DNA of 40,216 nt from a virus. This document shows positions 1 through 8,315 of the stretch, in pieces; positions within the stretch are counted from its first letter, which is position 1, and each line of letters opens with the position of its first letter. The stretch is from positions 1 through 40,216 of the IMG/VR virus record IMGVR_UViG_3300017685_000004. One strand, 5' to 3'. The notes below the pieces were generated by a model that searched no databases, had not been told where the DNA came from, and was given only the letters and a program-made list of their open reading frames with translations. The position numbers were made by a program, and so were the translations under genes.

Positions 1-123
1 GGCTTGCTGGGTGTCGGAGGTGATCCTGCCGCATCGGCAGCGGCGCTTAACACCTATCGCGGCTCGACCGGATATCAAGACTTGCTCAACACCGGGCTGG
101 GGGCGGTCAACGCGCAGGCTTAC
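1..123. repeat. Terminal overlap copy 1, identical to 40094..40216
   Basis: Base-for-base identity, read directly from both ends of the window. Confidence 0.97.
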
Positions 124-510
124 GCTGGTGGCATGGGTGACAGCGGTGCGACGCTGAAAGCGCTCCAGACACGCGGTATGAACCTCGCGAACCAGAACCA
201 GCAGCAATACCTCGGCAACCTCAATACGCTGATCCAGACCGGCAATTCGGCAATTGGCAATGTCGCTGGCGTTTCTACTGCAACGACGCAGGCGAACAAC
301 GCGGCGCTTCAATCCGGCGCAGATGGCGCGAGCAACGCAGCGCTGGCCGGTGGGGCGGCGTGGCAGGGCGCGCTTAAGAACCTGACCAATGTTGGGATGA
401 ACTTCGCGTCTAGCTATGGCTCTCCCGCGCCCGGCTTCACGGCGGCAGGGGTCGCGAGCCTGAATCCTGGGGTGCAGTCGCTTATCTCCCAGAACCGGGG
501 AATTTTCTGA
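1..510 (+). CDS. Ejection/internal virion protein candidate, C-terminal part (continues from 39881..40093 across the circular junction; 240 codons in total)
   Basis: In frame with ATG 39881 through the overlap. Gly/Asn/Gln/Ala-rich low-complexity protein. It sits after the needle gene, where P22 carries its ejection proteins. The stop overlaps the next start (TGATG). Confidence 0.5.
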   Translation, partial: GLLGVGGDPAASAAALNTYRGSTGYQDLLNTGLGAVNAQAYAGGMGDSGATLKALQTRGMNLANQNQQQYLGNLNTLIQTGNSAIGNVAGVSTATTQANNAALQSGADGASNAALAGGAAWQGALKNLTNVGMNFASSYGSPAPGFTAAGVASLNPGVQSLISQNRGIF

Positions 511-2189
511 TGGCCGTCCAGTGGGGTCTTACACAGCCTCAGGGGGGCGGCTTCAATTATCTCGAAAGCCTCCAAGCGCTTGGCCAGCAGCAGCTACAGC
601 AGCAGGCGATCCAACAGCGCCAATATGGCTTCGACCGTCAGCAGCAACAGGACGCGGCACGGACGACGATCGCGGCGCGAGCGCGGACGGGTGACTATAC
701 CGGTGCGCGGCAGGATGCGGCGCTCGGCGGAGACTTCGACTTTGCTAATGCGCTCGGCTCGCTGGATGACGACAAGATCAAACGGCTCGGCGTCGAGCTG
801 GATGCGATCGGCACGCTAGTCCCGCAGCTTCGCGCGCTGCCGGCCGATCAGCGCGCCACGGTCGGGACAGCCGCCCTCGCCCGCGTCGGCTTCTCGCCGC
901 AGGAATTGCAGGCGATGGACTGGACGGACGCTGGGCTGGAGGCGGCTTACACCATGTCCGCATCAGGCAAGGCGGCGCTGGCGGCGCGCATGAAGGCGGC
1001 GGAACCGCGCGTGGTCGGTGATGGCGGCGCGCTGGTCGATGGTGCTGGCAAAGTGCTGTATGAAAACCAGCGCGAGGAAAAGCCGATCTGGGATTCCGAG
1101 GGCGGCAACCTGATCTATCCATCTCGGTATAACGGCGGTGGTTCGGCCGCGCCCACTGCATCCGGTGGCGGGTCGCGCGCGGCCCGCAACAACAACCCCG
1201 GCAACATCATCGACAGTGCGTTCGCTCGCTCGCAGCCGGGCTATCAAGGCAGCGATGGACGCTTTGCCCGCTTCGCGTCGGCGGAAGCCGGTGCAGGGGC
1301 GCAGGCCGCCTTGCTCGGCAGCTACATTGATCGCGGCTTCAATACAGTCGAGAAGATCATCAATCGATGGGCGCCGCCAAGCGAAAACGACACCGGCGCA
1401 TACGTTCGTAATGTCGCCAAGGCGCTCGGCGTCAGTCCCGGCCAGACGCTGGGCAAAGACGCTATTCCCGCCTTGCAGCGGATCATTACGCGCGTGGAAG
1501 GTGGGCCGGGCGGATCGTCGGCTGGTGGTAATAGGCCGGCATCGCAGCCCGGTGTCGTCAACGTCCGCCCGCCTAAAATCAAAGAAGGCTACCGGATGCT
1601 GTCTGCCCAAGAGGCGCAGCAACGAGGGCTGGACACCGACACCAAATGGCAGCTGGGACCGAGCGGCCAGATTACGTCGCTGGCGGCCAAGGGCGATAAA
1701 CCGCTGACTGAGGGGCAGGCAAAGGCAGTCGGCTATCTGGAATCGGCACGCGCAGCAGCCATGTCGCTCAACGCCCTGCGAGGCTACAAGCCTAGCGAGA
1801 TCGCGTACGGCCTAAGCGAACTGAGCGCCGGCAATCCCTTGAAGCGCAATCTATCGCAGGTCGATAGGCGGGCGCTCAACGGCCAGTTGGCATTCGCCAC
1901 GGCGGTCTTGCGCTTGGAAAGCGGCGCGGTCGTCGGCAAAGAGGAGGCCGCATCCAAGGCACAGACGCTGTTCCCAATGCCCGGCGACGGGCCGGAGGTC
2001 CAGGCGGACAAACGACAGCAGCGTAATGCAGCGATCCGTGCGCTAAGGACCGCTGCTGGCCCTGGCGGCGCATCAGTTCCCAAGGTAGATTTAGTGCCCG
2101 ACAAAGCTGGCAAGCCAGCACGCAGTGGGGCGATCGGGTTGGGTCAGTCCTCTAAGATCGGCGGGTTCACCGTCACGCGGGTAAAGTAA
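510..2189 (+). CDS. Internal virion / DNA-ejection protein candidate with an NNPGN-motif central block
   Basis: 559 codons. Gln-rich N-terminus and a conserved-looking block RAARNNNPGNIIDS...INRWAPPSENDT. Start and stop overlap both neighbours. Function is inferred from synteny with the P22 gp7/gp20/gp16 block only. Confidence 0.45.
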   Translation: MAVQWGLTQPQGGGFNYLESLQALGQQQLQQQAIQQRQYGFDRQQQQDAARTTIAARARTGDYTGARQDAALGGDFDFANALGSLDDDKIKRLGVELDAIGTLVPQLRALPADQRATVGTAALARVGFSPQELQAMDWTDAGLEAAYTMSASGKAALAARMKAAEPRVVGDGGALVDGAGKVLYENQREEKPIWDSEGGNLIYPSRYNGGGSAAPTASGGGSRAARNNNPGNIIDSAFARSQPGYQGSDGRFARFASAEAGAGAQAALLGSYIDRGFNTVEKIINRWAPPSENDTGAYVRNVAKALGVSPGQTLGKDAIPALQRIITRVEGGPGGSSAGGNRPASQPGVVNVRPPKIKEGYRMLSAQEAQQRGLDTDTKWQLGPSGQITSLAAKGDKPLTEGQAKAVGYLESARAAAMSLNALRGYKPSEIAYGLSELSAGNPLKRNLSQVDRRALNGQLAFATAVLRLESGAVVGKEEAASKAQTLFPMPGDGPEVQADKRQQRNAAIRALRTAAGPGGASVPKVDLVPDKAGKPARSGAIGLGQSSKIGGFTVTRVK

Positions 2190-3823
2190 TGGGCAAGTAT
2201 CGCGTCGACACGCCAGACGGTCAGTCCTTTGAGATCGAGGGACCGGACGATGCTACGCAGGAGCAGCTTGACGCCGCTGTGCGCCAGGCAATCGGTGGGC
2301 AATACGATAGGAATCCGATCCAGCATAAGCCCGCCGATCCTGAGGATAGCCTTATCGCTGACGTCGGTAGCGGCGTGGCTGAGATTGGCCGTGGTGCGCT
2401 TGAAGGCGCGGCGAATGTGCTGGACCATGCGGCGGACTGGACGCAGAGCGGATTGAACGCGGCCGGGCAGGCCATCGCCGGATCAAACTGGGGTGATGTG
2501 CTTAACGGCGGTCAGAAAAACGATTTGGTCGGCGCCTTGCCCAAGCAGCGCGATGGCTTTGACACGTTGGGCGGCATCGGTCGTTTCGCTGGTGAAACTG
2601 CGGCATCCATCCCTCTTGGCCTGCTGCGAGGTGGCGCAGCGGTGCAAGGGCTGGCAACCGGAGCGCTGCTAAGTGATGGCAATGACGCGGCCAGCATTGG
2701 AACGGATGCCCTCGTCGGCGCGGGATCGGCTTTCGGCGCGAGCAAGCTGTTGCGCGGCGCGGCCGAGCTGGTCGATCCTGTGGTGGACGAAGGGCTGAAG
2801 ACCCTTATCCAAGCAGGAACGCGTGTGACGCCGGGGCAATATGGGCGTTCCACCGGCACCAAGTTCGGCGAACGGCTCGCACGCACGGAAGACCGCGCGA
2901 TCAGCACGCCCTTTGTCGGCGACCGGATCGTGTCGGATCGCAACCAGTCGCTGACCGACTTCGCTCGTGCGACGATCAACCGCGCCGTCGAGCCGATTGG
3001 CTTGAAGCTGCCGGAAAATGTGAAGCCAGGTCGTGGCGCAGTTAAGTGGGCCGGCGACAAGCTATCGAACGCCTATGACGCGCTCCTGCCCCGGCTGAGT
3101 GCGACTGGCGACGACACCTTCCTGTCCGAAATGTCGAGCATCCAGGACAGCGCGCAGATGCTCGCACCTGACCGCATCCGGCAGTTCAACTCGACGCTGG
3201 ATCAGCTAGGGCGATACTTCCAGGGCGGCACGCAGTTAAGCGGCCAAGCGTTGAAGGAGATCGACACCCGCCTCGGCGAGCGTGTCCGGCGCTTCTCTGC
3301 GTCGAATGACGCCGATCAGCAGGATTTGGGCGATGCGTTTCAGGCTGTGCGTGATGCCGTGCATGGGATGCTGAGCCGGCAGAACCCACAGTATGCAGGC
3401 GAGCTGGCGAACATCAACACGGGTTGGAAGGGCTTGGTGCAGGTCGAGCGGGCGTCGGCGAATAGCAAGGCTGGCATCAGCCCCGCTGGCTATTCGCAGG
3501 CTGTCAAGCAGTCCAGCGATACGGTGCGGCGTCGAGGGTACGCCCGTGGTGAGGCATTGAACCAAGACCTGTCGGACGCGGCATCGGATATCCTGCCGAG
3601 CGAGATTGCCGATAGTGGAACGGCGGGACGCTGGCAGCAGTCCAATATCCCGTCGTTGCTGGTCGGCGCGGCACAGTTGCCGGTATATGCCGCCGCGCGC
3701 GGCGCTGTGCCGCTACTAACCCGCCAGGGGGCGACGTCGCCACAGCTTGCGCGCCTGCTTGAATACGGCGCGCGAGCAGCGCCCATAGCCGCGCCCGCAG
3801 GAATAGAAAACCTTCGCCGCTAG
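2189..3823 (+). CDS. Internal virion / DNA-ejection protein candidate
   Basis: 544 codons with a TAATG overlap to the upstream gene. N-terminal YRVDTPDGQSFEIEGPDDATQEQL motif, Ala/Gly-rich. It is the third large gene of the post-needle block. Confidence 0.4.
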   Translation: MGKYRVDTPDGQSFEIEGPDDATQEQLDAAVRQAIGGQYDRNPIQHKPADPEDSLIADVGSGVAEIGRGALEGAANVLDHAADWTQSGLNAAGQAIAGSNWGDVLNGGQKNDLVGALPKQRDGFDTLGGIGRFAGETAASIPLGLLRGGAAVQGLATGALLSDGNDAASIGTDALVGAGSAFGASKLLRGAAELVDPVVDEGLKTLIQAGTRVTPGQYGRSTGTKFGERLARTEDRAISTPFVGDRIVSDRNQSLTDFARATINRAVEPIGLKLPENVKPGRGAVKWAGDKLSNAYDALLPRLSATGDDTFLSEMSSIQDSAQMLAPDRIRQFNSTLDQLGRYFQGGTQLSGQALKEIDTRLGERVRRFSASNDADQQDLGDAFQAVRDAVHGMLSRQNPQYAGELANINTGWKGLVQVERASANSKAGISPAGYSQAVKQSSDTVRRRGYARGEALNQDLSDAASDILPSEIADSGTAGRWQQSNIPSLLVGAAQLPVYAAARGAVPLLTRQGATSPQLARLLEYGARAAPIAAPAGIENLRR

Positions 3824-3959
3824 ACGACGGCGCCACGGACGCGATGCGCGGATCGCGGAAAGTGTGAGAACGCTGGAGGCGCTGACAGCCGCAATGTGCA
3901 GAGTACTCGACATCCTTTCCCTATAGCACGCCCGACAATCCCGTAAAATACCCCTGTAC

Positions 3960-3977
3960 CTATGCCTAATCAGGGGG
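3960..3977 (+). promoter_or_regulatory. Late intergenic motif copy: CTATGCCTAATCAGGGGG
   Basis: It lies upstream of the tailspike GTG at 3984. The G run doubles as the SD. Confidence 0.5.
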
Positions 3978-3983
3978 CCGTCT

Positions 3984-5747
3984 GTGGCTGCTGTCAATAT
4001 CCAGTTTCCGGGCAATCTGGCGCAGGTCGACACGGCGGCTGATCTTCGCGACATCCCGTCGTCGCTGATCGCATCCGGCACGCTGTACCTCGTCAGCGCG
4101 CTGGAAGGCGTTTTCGAATACGACAGCGGTTCGAGGGCAGCGGACGACGGCAAAGCTACCATTCGTCCAGCGGATCGCAGCCCCTTGGAAGCCGGCCGGT
4201 GGATCAAGAACGCTGGCGGCCTGGCGCGCGGTCCGCAAGGCCTGCCGGGCGAAGGGTTGGAAGACGTCATGGCCCCCGGCGGCTCCGCGCTGGTCGGCTA
4301 CGACGCCCGCAAGACGGTCAAAGGCAAGCTCGATCTGATGGTCTATGCCACCGACGCGCGGTTCGCTGGTGGCGCGGTCGGCGATGGCGTGGCGGACGAT
4401 CGCCCTGCCCTGCAAGCTGCGATCGACTGGCTGGCGTCGGAGGGCGGCGGGACGCTGATGGTGCCGGTCGGCACCTACCGCATGACCTTCGCGCTCGCAC
4501 CGGATGGCGGCATCTGCTGCCTTGTGTTGAAGCCCGGCGTCTCGATCGTCGGCGAGAACCGGTACGCCAGCATCCTGCGCGTGTCGACCAATCTCGGCTT
4601 TGGTGCTGGCACCTATTTTCGTGGCATCTGCACCAACGGACGCACCGGCAAGGTGCTGCTGTCCAATTTCACCTTTGACGGCAACCGCGACGGCCAAGGC
4701 GCCTTCCGTGACGCCGGCAATGGCGGCAACATCGTGGTGGATTGCTCCAGCCTCGTTATCGACGGCGTGGAATCGATTAACGCCAACGGTCAAGGTATCC
4801 AGGCGCGCGGCGGACCGACCAACCCGATGGAGGTGGTGCGGATCACCAACTGCTACGTCGCCGGATGCAGCGGCTCGACGATCAATCAGGATGGCTCTGT
4901 CGCGGCCGAGTACAACGGCAATGGCATCGGCATCCAGATCGGCTGGGCCAAGGACTATCTCGTCACCGGCAACATGATCCGCGCGTGCAAAGACAACGCG
5001 ATCGACACATACAACGAAAGTGGCTCGTTCGATGCGGTCGGTGGTGGCGGTGTCATTTCGGACAATGTGCTGCGTTCTTGCCGCGTTGGCGTGTTCCCGG
5101 AAACCAGTTCGCGGACCATCGTCTCGAACAACTACATTGAGGACATGAACGAAGCGGGGGTCGCGCTCAACCGCATCAATAGCGCGCCGTCTGCCATGGT
5201 CGTGAAGGACAACACGATCCGCACGACGCTGGTTGGCGTCCGCATCTCCGGTAACATGGAGAGCGCAACCATCCGGGGCAATTTCATCGAAAACATTACC
5301 GCTGTCAGCGGTGGGTGCATCGGTGTTTACAACGGCGCAAACATCCTGATCGAGGGCAATGAGTTCAAGCCGAATAACCCGGATATTCCCCTGATCCGCA
5401 CCGGCGACAACCAAGCCGTCAACATGCAGGTCGGGCAGAACTATTTCTGGGGTACGCCCAGCACTGACCGTATGATTTTCATGGGCGCGGCGGACCATTT
5501 CGCCTTCAACACCTGGGGGCCGATGACGCCTATCAACAACGGGGGAAACGTACCCGCCGGTGAGGGCGGCACGATGTTCCGCAACAACGTCCGCTTCTCG
5601 ACGCTGAAGATCAATGGCGCATTCGCTGCGAACGGCGCCGATCCGCGCGGCAAATACACCCTTCCGGCCGCTGGCACTGACCCCGCCAGTACCCAAGCTC
5701 TCGCCAACGCACTCGCTGACATGGCGCGTGCTTTCGGCTTCGCGTGA
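3984..5747 (+). CDS. Tailspike with right-handed beta-helix (pectate-lyase-like) polysaccharide depolymerase domain
   Basis: GTG start 6 nt after GGGGG. GDGVADDRPALQAAIDWLASEGGGTLMVPVGTY resembles the pectate_lyase_3/tailspike cap. It is followed by PbH1-like turns: ITNCYVAG, VTGNMIRAC, ISDNVLRSC, VSNNYIEDM, VKDNTIRTT, IRGNFIENI, IEGNEFKP. Confidence 0.8.
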   Translation: MAAVNIQFPGNLAQVDTAADLRDIPSSLIASGTLYLVSALEGVFEYDSGSRAADDGKATIRPADRSPLEAGRWIKNAGGLARGPQGLPGEGLEDVMAPGGSALVGYDARKTVKGKLDLMVYATDARFAGGAVGDGVADDRPALQAAIDWLASEGGGTLMVPVGTYRMTFALAPDGGICCLVLKPGVSIVGENRYASILRVSTNLGFGAGTYFRGICTNGRTGKVLLSNFTFDGNRDGQGAFRDAGNGGNIVVDCSSLVIDGVESINANGQGIQARGGPTNPMEVVRITNCYVAGCSGSTINQDGSVAAEYNGNGIGIQIGWAKDYLVTGNMIRACKDNAIDTYNESGSFDAVGGGGVISDNVLRSCRVGVFPETSSRTIVSNNYIEDMNEAGVALNRINSAPSAMVVKDNTIRTTLVGVRISGNMESATIRGNFIENITAVSGGCIGVYNGANILIEGNEFKPNNPDIPLIRTGDNQAVNMQVGQNYFWGTPSTDRMIFMGAADHFAFNTWGPMTPINNGGNVPAGEGGTMFRNNVRFSTLKINGAFAANGADPRGKYTLPAAGTDPASTQALANALADMARAFGFA

Positions 5748-5757
5748 AGGACTTAGC

Positions 5758-5964
5758 ATGACCAACCTCAACAAACTGCTGATGGATTACATGGTCGCGG
5801 GGGGGCAGTACCCGGCCACCTATCTGCGCGGCTATTCCGATCGCGGCCGCTTCGGCGTGCGCGGTGAAGGCGCGGGCATCCCGTCCGCTGAAGCCGACGC
5901 CTACGAGGCCGGCGGACGCGCAGCGCAGGCCGATCGCGCCACCTTCCCGAGCAAGGTTCTGTGA
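5758..5964 (+). CDS. Hypothetical small protein (68 aa)
   Basis: ATG 6 nt after GAAGGA. This is an internal start within track ORF 5614..5964, chosen because the longer form overlaps the tailspike. Confidence 0.45.
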   Translation: MTNLNKLLMDYMVAGGQYPATYLRGYSDRGRFGVRGEGAGIPSAEADAYEAGGRAAQADRATFPSKVL

Positions 5965-6011
5965 CCATCCCCGAATGCGTGGCGGCGCTTTCCGCTCAGG
6001 AGATATGCATC

Positions 6012-6140
6012 ATGGCTGACGATCCCACGACCCCGCCCATTGAGCCGATTGATCCTGACGCGGATGATGCGCGGCAGGAGGAGGAGAGCGGTGGCCACGG
6101 CCCGACCCTGCCCGGCAAGCCCAAGGGCAATGGGGGCTGA
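6012..6140 (+). CDS. Candidate 42-aa acidic, Pro-rich peptide
   Basis: AGGAG at 5998..6002 lies 9 nt before the ATG. Translation is MADDPTTPPIEPIDPDADDARQEEESGGHGPTLPGKPKGNGG. Its TGA overlaps the ATG of the next gene. It falls below the ORF-track length cutoff. Confidence 0.35.
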   Translation: MADDPTTPPIEPIDPDADDARQEEESGGHGPTLPGKPKGNGG

Positions 6141-6588
6141 ACCCACATATCTGGCGCTATGCGCTGCTGCCATCGTGGTAGCGGCGCACGCGCTTCCCGA
6201 GCGCCGCAACGCGGCCTTCGGGTTGGCTGTGCTTTGCCTGATGAATTGGGTCTTTGTCGGCTGGACCTATCGTGCCGACATGGACGCCGATGACGCGATC
6301 CAGCTTTGGGCTATCGCTGATGCCGCTCTCGGTATCTTCGCGATCCGCTACGCGTGGCGGTTTTGGCTAGGATGGACGCTTTGGGCGCTGACCATCATGC
6401 ATGTGTGCTTCCACATCGGACACCTCTGGCTGCCCGACGAAACATACACTTTCTGGCTCGACGCGATCCTGCTCGCTGAGCTGGCGTGCTTTCTGAAGGT
6501 AGGTGGGAATGGGGTACGTGATCGGCTGCTTGGTGGCCTTGATCTTCGCTGGATGGTGCGCGCTGCCGGCGCGAGGTCGCAGCCGTGA
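6130..6588 (+). CDS. Multi-pass inner-membrane protein (152 aa)
   Basis: Internal ATG of track ORF 6040..6588; the upstream extension is Arg-rich junk. Four to five hydrophobic helices, for example FGLAVLCLMNWVFVGW and WLGWTLWALTIMHVCF. Confidence 0.55.
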   Translation: MGAEPTYLALCAAAIVVAAHALPERRNAAFGLAVLCLMNWVFVGWTYRADMDADDAIQLWAIADAALGIFAIRYAWRFWLGWTLWALTIMHVCFHIGHLWLPDETYTFWLDAILLAELACFLKVGGNGVRDRLLGGLDLRWMVRAAGARSQP

Positions 6589-6908
6589 ATGACCAGAGCG
6601 ATCATGCACGGCTGATTTACATCGCTATGGCGGCGCTGGCGGGGTCGGTGACGGCGCTGTCCTTCATGCCGTGGCGGACCATGCGCTGGTCAGAGATCAC
6701 GATGACGCTGATCGTCGGGTCGGGCTTCGCCGCGTTCGGCGTACCCTATCTGGTCGGTGACCTCGCCGGGATCGAAATCGACAATCTGCGGGCAATCTGC
6801 TTCTTCACCTACATCGGGGCGACCGGGGCCAATGCCTTCGTGCCAGTCCTCATCCGGTGGCTCAAGCGGCGCCTGGAAAAGCTGTTGGATGCGGAGGAAG
6901 CCGCATGA
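6585..6908 (+). CDS. Holin candidate (about 3 TM helices, basic C-terminus)
   Basis: GTG start overlapping the upstream stop (GTGA). Helices include LIYIAMAALAGSVTALSF, ITMTLIVGSGFAAFGVPYLV and ICFFTYIGATGANAFVPVLI, followed by an RWLKRRLEK tail. It lies two genes upstream of the endolysin. Confidence 0.5.
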   Translation: MNDQSDHARLIYIAMAALAGSVTALSFMPWRTMRWSEITMTLIVGSGFAAFGVPYLVGDLAGIEIDNLRAICFFTYIGATGANAFVPVLIRWLKRRLEKLLDAEEAA

Positions 6909-7228
6909 TGACGCTCGACATCCTCAATACGCTGGGACGGCTGCTGCTGACTCTGATCGTGATCGTGAAGGTCACCCGGTTCCGCGACACCATGAACGTG
7001 ATTGAGCGCGTTTCGGCTGGGGTCATGGGCAGCGGCAGCTTCCTGACGATCGCCGTCATCTGGGAGCGTACCGGCAGCCCCTTCGAAGGCTGGTCGACGA
7101 CCCTTCTGACTTACGGCGCCGTTGGCTTCATGTTCGGCCGCACGATCCGCGACTGGAAGCACGACTACCGCAATCAATCCACCATCTCCCAAGCTCTCGC
7201 TTACCTTCAGTCAAAGGGCAAGCTATGA
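6905..7228 (+). CDS. Small membrane protein (second holin/antiholin candidate)
   Basis: ATGA overlap with GAGGAAG just upstream. Hydrophobic segments are LGRLLLTLIVIVKV, GVMGSGSFLTIAVIW and LLTYGAVGFMFG. It sits immediately before the endolysin. Confidence 0.45.
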   Translation: MMTLDILNTLGRLLLTLIVIVKVTRFRDTMNVIERVSAGVMGSGSFLTIAVIWERTGSPFEGWSTTLLTYGAVGFMFGRTIRDWKHDYRNQSTISQALAYLQSKGKL

Positions 7229-7899
7229 CCCGCACCGCCCTATTCGATGCGATCCGCCCCTACGCGCCCGAGCGTCGCTTCACCCCGGCGCACGTTAAAG
7301 CAATTGACGATCTGGCTGATATGCTGGGCGTGGATAAGGTGGGCGCTGACCCGCTGACGCAGCGCGCCGCAGCCGAACTGATCGGCCACGAGGCGATCGT
7401 GCTGGAGGCGTACAAGGACAGTGTAGGCGTCTGGACCTGGGGCATCGGCCTGACGGCGGCCTCTGGCGTCGATCCGCTGGCCTTCAAGGATAAGCCCGCC
7501 GATTTGGCGCAGGCGCTGAAGGCATTCGTCAATGTGACGCGACGCCGGTACGTGCCGGCTGTCTTGGAAGCGTTCGGCGGCCGCCCGCTGTCGGAGGCGC
7601 AATTCGCTGCGGCACTGTCATTCCACTACAATACCGGCGCGATCAAGCGGACCGAATGGGTCACGCTGTGGCTGGCGGGCCGGACGAGAGAGGCGCGGGC
7701 CTTCCTTGAGGGGCACTACCTCAACGGCGGCACGCTGACGGACCGCCGCAACAAAGAGGCGGCGCTGTTCTTTGACGGTCGCTGGTCGAGCGACGGGATG
7801 GCGCTGATCGTTCCGGTTGCCAAGCCCTCCTATCAGCCAGCGTTTTCGCGTGCCCGGCGCATCAGCATCACTAATCCACTGGCGGAGGCCATGGCATGA
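7225..7899 (+). CDS. Endolysin, glycoside hydrolase family 24 (T4-lysozyme-like muramidase)
   Basis: HEAIVLEAYKDSVGVWTWGIG shows the E-x8-D-x5-T catalytic spacing of GH24 lysozymes. ATGA overlap with the upstream gene. Confidence 0.85.
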   Translation: MTRTALFDAIRPYAPERRFTPAHVKAIDDLADMLGVDKVGADPLTQRAAAELIGHEAIVLEAYKDSVGVWTWGIGLTAASGVDPLAFKDKPADLAQALKAFVNVTRRRYVPAVLEAFGGRPLSEAQFAAALSFHYNTGAIKRTEWVTLWLAGRTREARAFLEGHYLNGGTLTDRRNKEAALFFDGRWSSDGMALIVPVAKPSYQPAFSRARRISITNPLAEAMA

Positions 7900-8168
7900 C
7901 CGATCCGAACACAAACCCAATTGTCGTCAATCCCGATCAGACTATGGCGCAGCTTGGCGTGGCGGTGCGCTACGCAACCACGCTCGTCGGCGGCTATCTG
8001 GTCGGCAAGGGCTGGATTGACGGTGATCTGGTGCAGGTCATCGCCACTGCCCTGACCGCGCTTGTGCCGGCAGCTTATGCCGTGTGGCGGTCGCACCAGC
8101 AGAAAAAGGCGCTGGTCGCCCTAGCGACGGAAGCCCCCAATGGCATCGTCAAGGGAGCAGGCGCATGA
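7896..8168 (+). CDS. Small membrane protein (2 TM), lysis accessory candidate
   Basis: ATGA overlap with the endolysin gene. Helices are VRYATTLVGGYLVG and LVQVIATALTALVPAAYAVW. No lipobox. Confidence 0.45.
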   Translation: MTDPNTNPIVVNPDQTMAQLGVAVRYATTLVGGYLVGKGWIDGDLVQVIATALTALVPAAYAVWRSHQQKKALVALATEAPNGIVKGAGA

Positions 8169-8314
8169 ACCTCGGCAACATCCTGAGGGGCGCGGTCCGC
8201 GCCGCCAAGCAGAACCCCGAAATCGCGCTGGCGGTCGCCGGCCTCGTCTCGCCCAAGCTGGTGACGAAGATCGCGCCCGTGATCGTGGCGGCGGTCACGA
8301 AGCCGAAGGCCTGA
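8165..8314 (+). CDS. Small membrane-associated protein (49 aa)
   Basis: ATGA overlap; internal ATG of track ORF 8084..8314. Hydrophobic IALAVAGLV...IAPVIVAAV. No lipobox. Confidence 0.35.
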   Translation: MNLGNILRGAVRAAKQNPEIALAVAGLVSPKLVTKIAPVIVAAVTKPKA

Positions 8315-8315
8315 C

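Noticed and set aside
1-123. The 123-bp end identity as a genuine physical direct terminal repeat (T7-like)
   Set aside because: The repeat falls in the middle of a coding sequence, and the gene set is P22-like (headful packaging expected). It cannot be excluded without read data, so it is listed as a finding with a test.
3966-5774. A 602-aa ORF on the - strand spanning the whole tailspike gene
   Set aside because: It is antisense to a gene with clear beta-helix/tailspike motifs. Its translation is Arg/Ala/Asp/Gly/Val-rich with no recognisable motif and no SD. Long antisense ORFs are expected in GC-rich DNA.
7896-8314. A spanin pair (i-spanin plus an embedded lipoprotein o-spanin) after the endolysin
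   Set aside because: Neither ORF nor the alternative frames I read contains a lipobox Cys or a periplasmic coiled-coil domain. They are called only as small membrane proteins.
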